Source of the DNA: Clostridia bacterium
Lineage (GTDB): Bacteria; Bacillota; Clostridia; Christensenellales; CAG-917
Reading direction: 5' to 3'
NCBI GenBank assembly: GCA_024405515.1
Contig: JAKSOR010000002.1
Span: 14,062 to 78,061, forward strand
DNA length: 64,000 bases
Both the position numbers and the translations under genes were made by a program. Each line of letters opens with the position of its first letter. Within the stretch, counting starts at the first letter, position 1. Below the pieces are notes generated by a model. That model searched no databases and was not told the DNA's origin. It saw nothing but the letters and a program-made list of their open reading frames with translations. This document shows positions 55,219 through 64,000 of the stretch, one piece after another.

Positions 55219-55262
55219 GTGAACATAAAATAAAAAAACAAACTCATAGCGAGGTAAAAATT

Positions 55263-56105
55263 ATGAAAAAATTAGTAAAGGTTTTAGCAGTAGTGCTTGC
55301 AATTGCAACACTCACAGCATGTTTATGTTTTACACTCACAGCATGTAATACAGATAAAGGCATTACAGATTCATCTCCAGAAGGAATTAAAGAATATGGT
55401 AAGTTAGTAGTTGCAACGAATGCTTACTTCCCGCCATTTGAATTTGTTGATAAGTCAGGAAAGATTACAGGTTGGGATATGGAACTTGCTAAAGCATTAG
55501 CAGACAAATTAGGCGTAGAATTAGAAATATTAAATGTTGAATTTGATTCTGTATTAGTAGCTCCGGGAACAAATAAAGCTCATATTGCTATGGCAGGTAT
55601 CAGCAAAACAGAAGAAAGAGATAAAACTATGGATTTCACAGATGGTGTCTTCAATAGTTCTCAGGTTATCATTGTAAAAAATGGATCTACAATCAGCGGA
55701 CCAATGGATTTAGCAGGAAAAGTTGTAGGTTGCCAGTTAGGAACAATAGGACAGTACCTTGGAAATATGGATCCAGACTATGCTTTCTATGAAGATGAAT
55801 TTGGTCAGACAGTTGCATCACTTGGTGCTCCAAAACAGTGTGTAGCATATACAACAGGTGCTGAAGCGGTTATGGCATTAAAGAATGGTTCAATTGACGC
55901 TGTAATCATCGATAAATATCCAGCAGAAAGTTTTGTAAAAGCATATGAAGGAATCAAGATTTTAAGCGAAGCTGTATACGAAGATGAATATGCATTTGCA
56001 GTTGCTGAAGGCAATAAAGCATTAGTTGACTGGTTGAATCAGGCAATTGCAGAATTAAAAGCTGACGGAACAATGGAAGCTCTTAATCAGAAATACTTTG
56101 CATAA
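55263..56105 (+). CDS. Amino-acid ABC transporter substrate-binding lipoprotein
   Basis: The signal peptide has two LTAC lipobox-like motifs. The layout is SBP family 3 (VVATNAYFPPFEF, GLD-type region MAGISKTEERDKTMDF). Confidence 0.88.
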   Translation: MKKLVKVLAVVLAIATLTACLCFTLTACNTDKGITDSSPEGIKEYGKLVVATNAYFPPFEFVDKSGKITGWDMELAKALADKLGVELEILNVEFDSVLVAPGTNKAHIAMAGISKTEERDKTMDFTDGVFNSSQVIIVKNGSTISGPMDLAGKVVGCQLGTIGQYLGNMDPDYAFYEDEFGQTVASLGAPKQCVAYTTGAEAVMALKNGSIDAVIIDKYPAESFVKAYEGIKILSEAVYEDEYAFAVAEGNKALVDWLNQAIAELKADGTMEALNQKYFA

Positions 56106-56179
56106 TAACTATTGAATAATTGAATATAGTAGGAGGAGGTTGTGCAACAGCATAATCTTTTCCTATTAATAAGAGAAGA

Positions 56180-56875
56180 ATGAAAATAGATTTTAGTATT
56201 TTTAATCCGGATATAATTAAACTCCTTGGGACGGCGTACGGTTGGACAATTGCCATTACTGTCGTAGCACTTGCGATAGGAATAATAATAGGTACAGTTT
56301 TGGCAATTTTCATGGTTTTGCCAAAAACCAATATTTTCAACAAGTTCCTGAATTTTATTGCCAATGCTTATTTGGCTGTAATCAGAGGTACTCCTTCACT
56401 TGTCCAGTTGATGATTATTTACTTTGTAATATTCTCTGACGTTGTTTTCTTTAACAGAGCGGTAAGTCCATACATAATTGCGATGATTGGATTCGGACTA
56501 AATTCCGGAGCATATGTTGCAGAAATTATGAGGGCAGGAATCCAGAGCGTAGACAAAGGCCAGATGGAAGCCGGTAGGTCCCTCGGTCTTAGTTATGGTT
56601 CCACAATGTGGCATATTATACTTCCTCAGTCTGCAAAAAATATCTTGCCTCCATTAGGAAATGAAGCAATAGCATTGGTAAAAGAAACATCAGTAGCATT
56701 AATCATTGGTGTCAGTGAGTTCTTTACTGCAATTAAGAGTATTGCCGCATCAACTTACAATGTTATTACACCATATTTATTAGCTGCAGTAGTGTATTTT
56801 GTCACGGTATATATTATGACAATTGGAATCAAACTTTTAGAAAAGAGGTTAAGGAAGAATGAACACAGAAGATAA
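56180..56875 (+). CDS. Amino-acid ABC transporter permease (His/Glu/Gln/Arg family)
   Basis: It has multiple TM helices and the EAA-loop region [24 protein letters not shown]. Confidence 0.9.
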   Translation: MKIDFSIFNPDIIKLLGTAYGWTIAITVVALAIGIIIGTVLAIFMVLPKTNIFNKFLNFIANAYLAVIRGTPSLVQLMIIYFVIFSDVVFFNRAVSPYIIAMIGFGLNSGAYVAEIMRAGIQSVDKGQMEAGRSLGLSYGSTMWHIILPQSAKNILPPLGNEAIALVKETSVALIIGVSEFFTAIKSIAASTYNVITPYLLAAVVYFVTVYIMTIGIKLLEKRLRKNEHRR

Positions 56876-57953
56876 TTCATTAATTAAAGTAGAAAAATTA
56901 ACAAAGAAATTCGGTAATCTTCTTGTTCTTGATGAGATTGATTGTGAGATAAAACAAGGAGAGAAAGTAGTAATAATAGGACCTTCTGGTGGAGGTAAGT
57001 CAACATTTTTAAGATGCCTGAACTGTTTAGAAGATCCTACGGCAGGGAAAGTGTTTTTTGATGGAATTGATTTAGCTGATGTCAAAGTTAATATTAATAT
57101 TCAGCGTCAAAAAATGGGCATGGTTTTTCAGCAATTTAACCTGTTTAACAATTTGACAGTACAAAAAAATATCACGCTGGCGCCGATTAAAGTAGGGAAG
57201 GACAGACTCCGTAAAGCAAAAATTAATAATTTGCTTGCTCCAGTTTATAATAAACTAATATTTAAAGTTTTTAGTGAAAAATATAATTCAAATATTGATT
57301 CTAAAATTCATTCTATGAATGAAAAGATTGATAATCTGAAACTTGAATTGGAACCAATTGAAAAGGACTGGGCAAGTACTGAGGTTGAAAAAACTATTGC
57401 CGGAAAGACATTCACTACATATGACCCAAAACTTACAAAGCAAAAACTTGCATTAACTTCCAAAATTGAAAAATTAGAGCGTAAAATAACGCATACTTTA
57501 CCAATGAAGGAAAAGGAATTTATTACGCCAGAATTTTCAACAAAAAAAGAGATAATTGATGCTGCTAATAAAAAAGCAACGGAATTATTAGAGAGGATTG
57601 GACTGTTAGATAAAGCTAATCAATATCCTAACACGTTGTCGGGTGGTCAAAAACAGAGAGTGGCAATTGCTAGATCATTAGCAATGAATCCTAAAGTAAT
57701 GTTGTTTGATGAACCGACATCTGCTCTCGATCCTGAAATGGTAGGGGAAGTTCTTGACTTAATCAAACAGGTTGCAGATACCGGAATGACGATGATAATT
57801 GTTACTCATGAGATGGGATTTGCTAAAGAAGTCGGTAACAGAATTCTGTTCATGGCACAGGGTAAAATACTTGAACAGGGTCCACCAGATGAATTCTTTA
57901 ATAATCCTCAGCATCCTAGATTACAGGAATTTTTGTCTAAAGTATTAATTTAA
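56859..57953 (+). CDS. Amino-acid ABC transporter ATP-binding protein with a ~110-aa insertion in the helical subdomain
   Basis: Walker A is GPSGGGKST, the Q-loop MVFQQFNLF, the signature [16 protein letters not shown], Walker [14 protein letters not shown] and the H-loop IVTHEM. The protein is 364 aa, whereas the family norm is about 240-250 aa. Confidence 0.9.
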   Translation: MNTEDNSLIKVEKLTKKFGNLLVLDEIDCEIKQGEKVVIIGPSGGGKSTFLRCLNCLEDPTAGKVFFDGIDLADVKVNINIQRQKMGMVFQQFNLFNNLTVQKNITLAPIKVGKDRLRKAKINNLLAPVYNKLIFKVFSEKYNSNIDSKIHSMNEKIDNLKLELEPIEKDWASTEVEKTIAGKTFTTYDPKLTKQKLALTSKIEKLERKITHTLPMKEKEFITPEFSTKKEIIDAANKKATELLERIGLLDKANQYPNTLSGGQKQRVAIARSLAMNPKVMLFDEPTSALDPEMVGEVLDLIKQVADTGMTMIIVTHEMGFAKEVGNRILFMAQGKILEQGPPDEFFNNPQHPRLQEFLSKVLI

Positions 57954-57969
57954 TAGAGTATGAATAAAT

Positions 57970-58003
57970 AAAAAGCGCCCATCGTCATGATAGGCGCTTT
58001 TTC
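57970..58003. terminator. Bidirectional rho-independent terminator between convergent operons
   Basis: The sequence is AAAAAGCGCC-catcgtcatgata-GGCGCTTTTT, flanked by an A-run and a T-run. Confidence 0.7.
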
Positions 58004-58020
58004 TACGCGGTTTAATAGTA

Positions 58021-59175
58021 TTAAGTTCTGTTTGCTGCAATTACAGCCTCAGCTACAACCTTGGCAACTTCTTTGTTAAGAGGAGAAGCAATTATATTGT
58101 TTTCGTTTAAGTCCTCATCTTTAATCATTGATGCAAGAGCATATGAAGCAGCCTTTTTCATTTCTTCTGTTATTGCTTTTGCCCTGCAGTCAAGTGCTCC
58201 TCTGAAAATTCCAGGGAAAGCGAGAACGTTATTTATCTGGTTAGGGAAATCTGATCTTCCGGTACCTACTATTCTGGCTCCCGCTTTTAATGCGAGATCC
58301 GGCATGATTTCAGGAGTAGGGTTTGCCATAGGGAAAACGATAGCATCTTTATTCATGGACTTTATCATATCTTCCGAGACAATATTAGGGGCTGATACTC
58401 CTATAAATACATCTGCACCTTTAAGTGCATCTTGTAATGAACCGGTAATATGTTCCCTGTTTGTAAGTTTTGCAATATCTGCCTGTGCACTGTTTAAATT
58501 CTCATCGTTTTCGACAATCAGCCCGAAACGGTCTGACATAATTATATTTTTTACGCCGAGATTTAGTAAATGCCTGCAGATTGCAAGACCGGCTGAGCCT
58601 GCTCCGCTGATTACAACCTTAATTGTATCAATGGATTTTTCAACTACTTTTACTGCATTAATGAGGGCAGCGCCAACGACTACCGCCGTTCCGTGCTGAT
58701 CATCATGGAAAACCGGGATATCACAGATTGCTTTTAATTTCTCTTCGATCTCAAAGCATCTAGGTGCGGCAATATCTTCAAGGTTTATTCCGCCAAAAGA
58801 GCCGGAAATAAGATAGATGGTTCTTACTATTTCATCGACGTCTTTGCTTTTTACACAGATAGGGAAAGCATCGACATCTGCAAATTCTTTAAAAAGTGCA
58901 CACTTTCCTTCCATAACAGGCATTCCTGCCTCAGGACCTATGTCCCCGAGACCGAGTACTGCCGTTCCGTCTGTAATTACGGCAACAAGATTTGATCTTC
59001 TTGTCAGTTCAAAAGATTTATTTATGTCTTTCTGTATTTCAAGACACGGCTGGGCAACTCCAGGAGTATAGGCAAGTGAAAGGTCTTCTCTGGTGTTTAT
59101 TTTAGGACGGGAAATTACTTCGATTTTCCCTTTCCATTCATAGTGCTTTTTTAATGATTCTTCCTGTATTGACAT
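58021..59175 (-). CDS. NAD(P)-dependent malic enzyme (short form)
   Basis: Motifs are LSLAYTPGVA, FHDDQHGTA and VISGAGSAG. Confidence 0.9.
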   Translation of the reverse strand: MSIQEESLKKHYEWKGKIEVISRPKINTREDLSLAYTPGVAQPCLEIQKDINKSFELTRRSNLVAVITDGTAVLGLGDIGPEAGMPVMEGKCALFKEFADVDAFPICVKSKDVDEIVRTIYLISGSFGGINLEDIAAPRCFEIEEKLKAICDIPVFHDDQHGTAVVVGAALINAVKVVEKSIDTIKVVISGAGSAGLAICRHLLNLGVKNIIMSDRFGLIVENDENLNSAQADIAKLTNREHITGSLQDALKGADVFIGVSAPNIVSEDMIKSMNKDAIVFPMANPTPEIMPDLALKAGARIVGTGRSDFPNQINNVLAFPGIFRGALDCRAKAITEEMKKAASYALASMIKDEDLNENNIIASPLNKEVAKVVAEAVIAANRT

Positions 59176-59182
59176 ATATCCC

Positions 59183-60550
59183 TCAGATCATCTTTTCAGG
59201 ATGATAGTTTTCATCAAATTCTTTTTCTGTTAAATACCCGAGCTTTATGCAGGCTTCCTTTAAAGTGATATTTTCACTGAATGCTTTTTTTGTTGTTTCT
59301 GCAGCTTTGTCGTATCCGATTACAGGTGACAGACATGTTACTGTCATAAGAGACTTTTCCATATTGTTCTTCATTACACTTTCATTTGCTTTGATTCCTG
59401 AAACGCATCTTTCTGTAAAAGAATTAATGCCGTCTGTTAATAGTCTTACTGACTGCAGGAAATTATATGCTGTAACCGGCAGGAATACGTTAAGTTCAAA
59501 ATTGCCCTGTGTTGCTGCCATTGAAATTGTGGTGTCATTTCCTATTACCTGAAGAGCAATCATTGTTACTGCCTCACACTGTGTAGGGTTTACTTTGCCA
59601 GGCATAATGGATGAACCAGGTTCGTTTGAAGGTATTGTAATCTCACCGAGTCCGCATCTAGGACCGGATGCAAGAAGTCTTATGTCGTTTGCAATTTTCA
59701 TAAGATCTGCTGCAAGAGCCTTCAGTGCACCATGTGCAAATACCATTCTGTCAAGAGATGTCAGAGCATGGAATTTATTAGGTGAATCCACAAACTGTAT
59801 TGATGTAAGTGAGGAAAGTTTTTCACAGACATTCTTCCCGAAATCCTTTGGCGCGTTTAAACCGGTTCCGACAGCTGTTCCGCCGATTGCTATGTTTGAA
59901 AGTACAGAAAGAGTATTTAAAATGTTTGTTCTGTCAGTCTCAAGCATCGCCTTCCATCCTGAGATTTCCTGCCCGAAGGTGAGAGGCACTGCATCCTGAA
60001 GGTGGGTTCTGCCGATTTTTATAACACTGCTGTTTTCTTTTTCAAGTTTATCAAGAACGCTGATTAATCTGTCTACGGCAGAAATAAGTTCGGTTTTTAC
60101 ACTGGTTACAGCTGCTATGTTCATAGCTGACGGAAATGTATCGTTTGAACTTTGTGACATATTGACATCATCGTTAGGGTGAAGCACTTTCTCTCCGGCT
60201 TTTCTGTTTCCGACATTTGCAATTACTTCGTTAACATTCATATTGGACTGGGTTCCGCTTCCTGTCTGCCATACGACAAGAGGAAATTCATCGTTTAATT
60301 TCCCGCTCAGTATTTCTCTGCATGCATATTCTATTAAGCTGAATTTTTCCTTTGTCATCTTCGGATTAAGTTCCAGGTTAGATGAAGCGCAGGCAAGTTT
60401 GAGATAAGCAAATGCTTTTATGATTTCTTGCGGCATCTTTTCCCACCCGATAGGGAAATTCTCTAGACTTCTCTGAGTCTGTGCTCCCCAGAATTTTTCT
60501 GCAGGTACTCTGATCTCTCCCATAGTGTCATGTTCGGTTCTGAAATTCAT
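59183..60550 (-). CDS. fumC: Class II fumarate hydratase
   Basis: It carries the signature GSSIMPGKVNPTQCEA, plus N-terminal EHDTMGEIRVP and GWEKMP. Confidence 0.93.
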   Translation of the reverse strand: MNFRTEHDTMGEIRVPAEKFWGAQTQRSLENFPIGWEKMPQEIIKAFAYLKLACASSNLELNPKMTKEKFSLIEYACREILSGKLNDEFPLVVWQTGSGTQSNMNVNEVIANVGNRKAGEKVLHPNDDVNMSQSSNDTFPSAMNIAAVTSVKTELISAVDRLISVLDKLEKENSSVIKIGRTHLQDAVPLTFGQEISGWKAMLETDRTNILNTLSVLSNIAIGGTAVGTGLNAPKDFGKNVCEKLSSLTSIQFVDSPNKFHALTSLDRMVFAHGALKALAADLMKIANDIRLLASGPRCGLGEITIPSNEPGSSIMPGKVNPTQCEAVTMIALQVIGNDTTISMAATQGNFELNVFLPVTAYNFLQSVRLLTDGINSFTERCVSGIKANESVMKNNMEKSLMTVTCLSPVIGYDKAAETTKKAFSENITLKEACIKLGYLTEKEFDENYHPEKMI

Positions 60551-60700
60551 ATTCTGTCTCCAGGTTGTTAATATCTATATTTTACTATTTTCACCGGAAA
60601 ATCTAAAGTATTATTTCTTCGGACAGAATTTTGCATAAAAACTGCATATTTGTATAATTTTATGAATAATCGTGAATAAATTTTTATTTTTACTGAAAAA

Positions 60701-60718
60701 TCTGAATATTTAATCATT
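60701..60718 (+). promoter_or_regulatory. Candidate ArgR/AhrC operator (ARG box) next to the argG promoter
   Basis: TCTGAATATTTAATCATT has one mismatch in the second half-site to the remembered consensus TNTGAATWWWWATTCANW. Weaker TGAATAA half-sites lie at 60663-60680. Confidence 0.35.
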
Positions 60719-60723
60719 TTTGT

Positions 60724-60752
60724 TTGCCTTTATCATATTAAAGTATTATGAT
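60724..60752 (+). promoter_or_regulatory. argGH promoter: TTGCCT, 17 nt spacer, TATGAT
   Basis: The -35 box is at 60724-60729 and the -10 box at 60747-60752. AGGAGA precedes the ATG at 60787. Confidence 0.5.
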
Positions 60753-60786
60753 TGATATACATTTATGAGCATACAGGAGATTTCAT

Positions 60787-62013
60787 ATGGACAAAAAGAA
60801 CATAAAGAAAGTTGTTTTAGCATATTCGGGCGGACTTGATACATCTATCATCATCCCGTGGTTAAAAGAAAATTATAACAACTGTGAAGTCATTGCAGTA
60901 GCAGGAAACGTAGGTCAGGCAGATGAGCTTGAGGGATTAGAGGAAAAAGCCATTAAGACAGGAGCCTCAAAATTATACGTTCTCGATTTGACTGACGAAT
61001 ATGTAGATAATTATATTATTCCGACAATGAAGGCAGGAGCAAAGTATGAGGAATACCTTCTCGGCACAAGCCATGCACGTCCGTGTATTGCAAAGGGACT
61101 GTGTGAGATTGCTAAAAAGGAAAAAGCTGATGCAATCTGTCACGGCTGTACAGGTAAGGGAAATGACCAGGTAAGATTTGAACTTGCAATCAAGCATTTT
61201 GCACCTGAAATGCAGATTATTGCTCCGTGGAGAGAGTGGTCAATTAAGTCCCGTGATGAGGAAATTGATTACGCAGAAGCACACAATGTTCCTCTCAAGA
61301 TAAACAGAGAAACAAACTACAGCAAAGATAAGAACTTATGGCACCTTTCACATGAGGGCCTTGATCTTGAGAATCCTGGCAATGAACCGAATTATGACAA
61401 AAAAGGTTTCCTTGAAATGGGAGTATCCCCGTTTATGGCACCTGATGAACCGACATATGTTGAGATTGAATTTGAAAAAGGATGCCCGGTTGCAATCGAT
61501 GGTGAGAAGAAATCCGCAAAAGAGATTATCTATAAGCTTAATGAACTCGGCGGAAAGAACGGAATCGGTCTTCTTGATATTGTCGAAAACCGTCTTGTCG
61601 GCATGAAGAGCCGTGGCGTTTATGAAACTCCTGGCGGAACAATTTTATACTTTGCACACAGCTATCTTGAATCAATCTGTCTTGACAAGATGACAGCACA
61701 TGAAAAAGAGAAACTCTCTATCACATTCGGTGAGGTTTTATATAACGGACAGTGGTTCACACCTCTTCGTGAAGCTTTATCAGCATTCGTTGATAAGACA
61801 CAGGAAACTGTAACAGGTAAAGTAAAACTCAAACTCTATAAAGGAAACATCATCAAAGCAGGAGTATGGAGTGATTATTCATTATACAACGAAGACCTAG
61901 CTTCATTTGGTGAAAGCGATTATGACCAGACGGATTCAAGGGGATTCATCAATCTCTTCGGGCTTCCGATTAAGGTCAAAGCAATTTTAGACAAACAGAG
62001 AGAAAACAAATAA
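60787..62013 (+). CDS. argG: Argininosuccinate synthase
   Basis: Motifs are [11 protein letters not shown] and [15 protein letters not shown]. Confidence 0.95.
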   Translation: MDKKNIKKVVLAYSGGLDTSIIIPWLKENYNNCEVIAVAGNVGQADELEGLEEKAIKTGASKLYVLDLTDEYVDNYIIPTMKAGAKYEEYLLGTSHARPCIAKGLCEIAKKEKADAICHGCTGKGNDQVRFELAIKHFAPEMQIIAPWREWSIKSRDEEIDYAEAHNVPLKINRETNYSKDKNLWHLSHEGLDLENPGNEPNYDKKGFLEMGVSPFMAPDEPTYVEIEFEKGCPVAIDGEKKSAKEIIYKLNELGGKNGIGLLDIVENRLVGMKSRGVYETPGGTILYFAHSYLESICLDKMTAHEKEKLSITFGEVLYNGQWFTPLREALSAFVDKTQETVTGKVKLKLYKGNIIKAGVWSDYSLYNEDLASFGESDYDQTDSRGFINLFGLPIKVKAILDKQRENK

Positions 62014-62019
62014 TTCATT

Positions 62020-62048
62020 ATCCTGCTCTTGCAGGATTTTGATTCTTT
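62020..62048 (+). terminator. Hairpin plus T-tract between argG and argH (possible partial terminator or processing site)
   Basis: ATCCTGC (62020-62026), loop tctt, GCAGGAT (62031-62037), then TTTTGATTCTTT. Confidence 0.35.
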
Positions 62049-62063
62049 AAGGAGAAAATCCAG

Positions 62064-63443
62064 ATGGAAAAAATGTGGGCCGGAAGAACTGACGGGAACA
62101 CCAGTAAAATAGCCGATGATTTCAATTCATCGATAAAGTTTGATAAGAGATTATTTGAGGAAGATATTAAGGGCAGTATGGCTCATGCAATGATGCTGTC
62201 TGTAAAAAATATTATCTCTAAAGAGGAAGAGGAAAAACTTCTTTCAGGTCTTGAATCAATTCTTAATGATATTAAATCAGGTGAACTTATAATAGATGAG
62301 AATGCTGAAGACATTCATATGTTCGTGGAAAAGGTTCTTACTGAGAGAATAGGGGAAACAGGCAAAAAACTTCATACGGCAAGAAGCAGGAATGATCAGG
62401 TAGCACTTGACCTTAAAATGTATACAAGAAGTGAAATAGAAACAATTATTTCAAAACTTAAGGATTTTGTAACTGTTATTTCTTCCAAAGCAGACCAGTA
62501 CAAAAAGAGTATCATGCCTGGATACACTCATCTTCAGCGTGCACAGCCTGTTACTTTCGGACATCACTTAATGACATATGCAATGATGTTTCTGAGGGAC
62601 ATCTCAAGACTTAATGACTGCAGAAATAGACTCAATGTATCTCCTATAGGAAGCTGCGCCTTAGCAGGTACCACTTATGATACAGACAGATATTTCGAAG
62701 CAGAAAAACTTGGATTTGACTCGGTTACATTAAATTCAATAGACGGCGTTTCTGACAGGGATTACTGTGTCGAACTTCTTGCCGATTTGTCTCTTTTAAT
62801 GGTACATCTTTCAAGACTGTCTGAAGAAATTATTCTCTGGTCTTCATGGGAATTTAAGTTTGTTGAACTTTCAGATGCCTTTACAACAGGTTCTTCGATT
62901 ATGCCTCAGAAAAAGAATTCTGACATGGCTGAACTTGTAAGGGGAAAGTCGGGAAGAGTTATAGGAGATCTGGTCGGAACCCTTACAATGCTCAAGGGTC
63001 TTCCGCTTGCCTATAACAAAGATATGCAGGAAGATAAGGAAAGTCTGTTTGATGCTCTTGATACCGTAAAGATGAGTTTAGACGTATATATTCCGATGTT
63101 AAACTCTATGATTGCGCTGGAAGACAATATGATTAACGCTGCTAAGGGCGGGTTTATAAATGCAACTGATCTCGCAGATTATCTCGTTAAAAAAGGAATG
63201 CCTTTCAGAACCGCATACAAGGTTTCAGGCAGTATAGTTTCATACTGCATAAAGAACGGCAAAACGCTCGATACCTTATCCCTGGATGAGTACAAGCAGT
63301 TTGATGAACTCTTTGAAAATGACCTGTACGATGCAATATCCCTTGAGACATGCGTAAGCAAGAGGATATCAGTCGGCGGTACAAGTGCGGCATCTTTTGA
63401 TAAACAGCTTGAATTCGTTAAAACTGAACTTATGAAATTCTGA
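62064..63443 (+). CDS. argH: Argininosuccinate lyase
   Basis: It has the lyase-1 signature GSSIMPQKKNSD and an N-terminal MWAGR. Confidence 0.95.
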   Translation: MEKMWAGRTDGNTSKIADDFNSSIKFDKRLFEEDIKGSMAHAMMLSVKNIISKEEEEKLLSGLESILNDIKSGELIIDENAEDIHMFVEKVLTERIGETGKKLHTARSRNDQVALDLKMYTRSEIETIISKLKDFVTVISSKADQYKKSIMPGYTHLQRAQPVTFGHHLMTYAMMFLRDISRLNDCRNRLNVSPIGSCALAGTTYDTDRYFEAEKLGFDSVTLNSIDGVSDRDYCVELLADLSLLMVHLSRLSEEIILWSSWEFKFVELSDAFTTGSSIMPQKKNSDMAELVRGKSGRVIGDLVGTLTMLKGLPLAYNKDMQEDKESLFDALDTVKMSLDVYIPMLNSMIALEDNMINAAKGGFINATDLADYLVKKGMPFRTAYKVSGSIVSYCIKNGKTLDTLSLDEYKQFDELFENDLYDAISLETCVSKRISVGGTSAASFDKQLEFVKTELMKF

Positions 63444-63462
63444 CAGTAAATTTTACAGATTT

Positions 63463-63490
63463 AACCCGGTATCTGCCGGGTTTTTCTTTT
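63463..63490 (+). terminator. Rho-independent terminator after argH
   Basis: AACCCGG-tatctg-CCGGGTT followed by TTTTCTTTT. Confidence 0.7.
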
Positions 63491-63573
63491 CTCTTCTCGC
63501 GCGCAGGTTTGTATCCCGAATTAACTATTACTTTGCATAAAGGCTTTTTGTGTGTTATCATATCTTGATAGAT

Positions 63574-64000
63574 ATGACTTACAATGAATTTAAAGAACAG
63601 CTTCAGAATGAAAAAATCGGAGCAGATAATCTCGCCCCGTGTTATTTCGTGACCGGAACGGATGAATATGTTTTCGATCAGATGGTCCTTGCCCTCAAAG
63701 AATATGTGGACAGGGATTTCCGTGATATGAACTATTCAGAGTATTCGGAGGATGAAATTTCGGATGCTGTTTATTCTCTCTCCACGTTCCCTATGTTCAC
63801 GGATAAGAGAATGGTTGTTCTTACACTTAATAAACCGTCCAGAGTGAAAGAGGAAGAGGAAGCACAGGGCGGAGGGGATGCTCTTGAAAAAGAGAAAACA
63901 AAAGTCCCTGATTTAATTGATTCATATCTTGATAATCCTCTTGATTCTACCATTTTCGTAATCAATGCAATGGCAAACCCGCAGTTCAAACTGAAAAGCA
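63574..64000 (+). CDS. holA: DNA polymerase III delta subunit-like protein, N-terminal part (partial; runs off the right edge)
   Basis: Hand translation gives MTYNEFKEQLQNEKIGADNLAPCYFVTGTDEYVFDQMVLALKEYV...FPMFTDKRMVVL. The frame is open to the window end. The pattern resembles the HolA N-terminal domain, but the assignment is tentative. Confidence 0.5.
   Translation, partial: MTYNEFKEQLQNEKIGADNLAPCYFVTGTDEYVFDQMVLALKEYVDRDFRDMNYSEYSEDEISDAVYSLSTFPMFTDKRMVVLTLNKPSRVKEEEEAQGGGDALEKEKTKVPDLIDSYLDNPLDSTIFVINAMANPQFKLKS

Noticed and set aside
55006-55262. A possible T-box riboswitch or leader-peptide attenuator upstream of the ilvB-leu operon.
   Set aside because: I found no T-box core (AGGGTGGTACCGCG-like) sequence, no specifier-loop architecture, and no Ile/Leu/Val-rich leader ORF with a terminator/antiterminator pair. 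The region is simply AT-rich with promoter-like boxes.
55020-57960. My impression that the amino-acid ABC transporter operon is more AT-rich and uses different codons than its neighbours, which might suggest a horizontally acquired islet.
   Set aside because: I cannot quantify composition by eye. There are no flanking tRNA, integrase or direct repeats. It would need a GC-skew or codon-usage calculation before any claim.

Overview
This 64-kb window comes from a low-GC Gram-positive-type chromosome. A Bacillota/Clostridia-like anaerobe is my inference from the gene content: BspA-type LRRs, Listeria-Bacteroides repeats, a DUF1667 glycerol-3-P dehydrogenase cluster and a citramalate-type ilv/leu operon.

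The window has two parts.

(1) Positions 1-29327 form one tightly packed minus-strand operon of at least 29.3 kb. It runs off the left edge and has a single good sigma-A-type promoter (TTGACT-17-TACAAT). In transcription order it encodes:
- a small 3-TM protein
- a 1834-aa type-II membrane protein with an extracellular BspA-like LRR array
- a 1116-aa protein made of a signal-less GH3-like module, a TM hairpin and a Walker-dead McrB-like AAA+ domain
- a TM-anchored McrB-like AAA+ NTPase
- a 649-aa protein in the McrC position, with no recognisable nuclease, a long coiled coil and a K/E/A/P tail
- a second TM-anchored McrB-like NTPase, whose catalytic module is 100% nucleotide-identical to the first over 1049 bp
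- two giant N-terminally anchored surface proteins (1536 aa and more than 3440 aa), built from YDG/MBG-like repeats with an embedded transglutaminase-like core

I read this as a membrane-tethered, nuclease-less McrBC-like motor wired to giant surface proteins. I do not recognise this combination as a described system, and it is the main finding.

(2) Positions 29415-64000 are ordinary housekeeping genes:
- queH
- an acyl-AMP ligase, a G3P-dehydrogenase-like trio, an FGGY kinase and an AGPS-like flavoenzyme
- an InlB-B-repeat lipoprotein
- mnmM, a fused MacB-type ABC transporter, an LMW-PTP, a PfkB kinase and tcdA
- the operon ilvB-ilvN-leuA-cimA-leuC-leuD-leuB
- an amino-acid ABC transporter
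- fumC plus a malic enzyme
- argG-argH and the start of holA

All domain calls come from reading motifs in the supplied translations and from my own reverse-strand translations. No searches were run.
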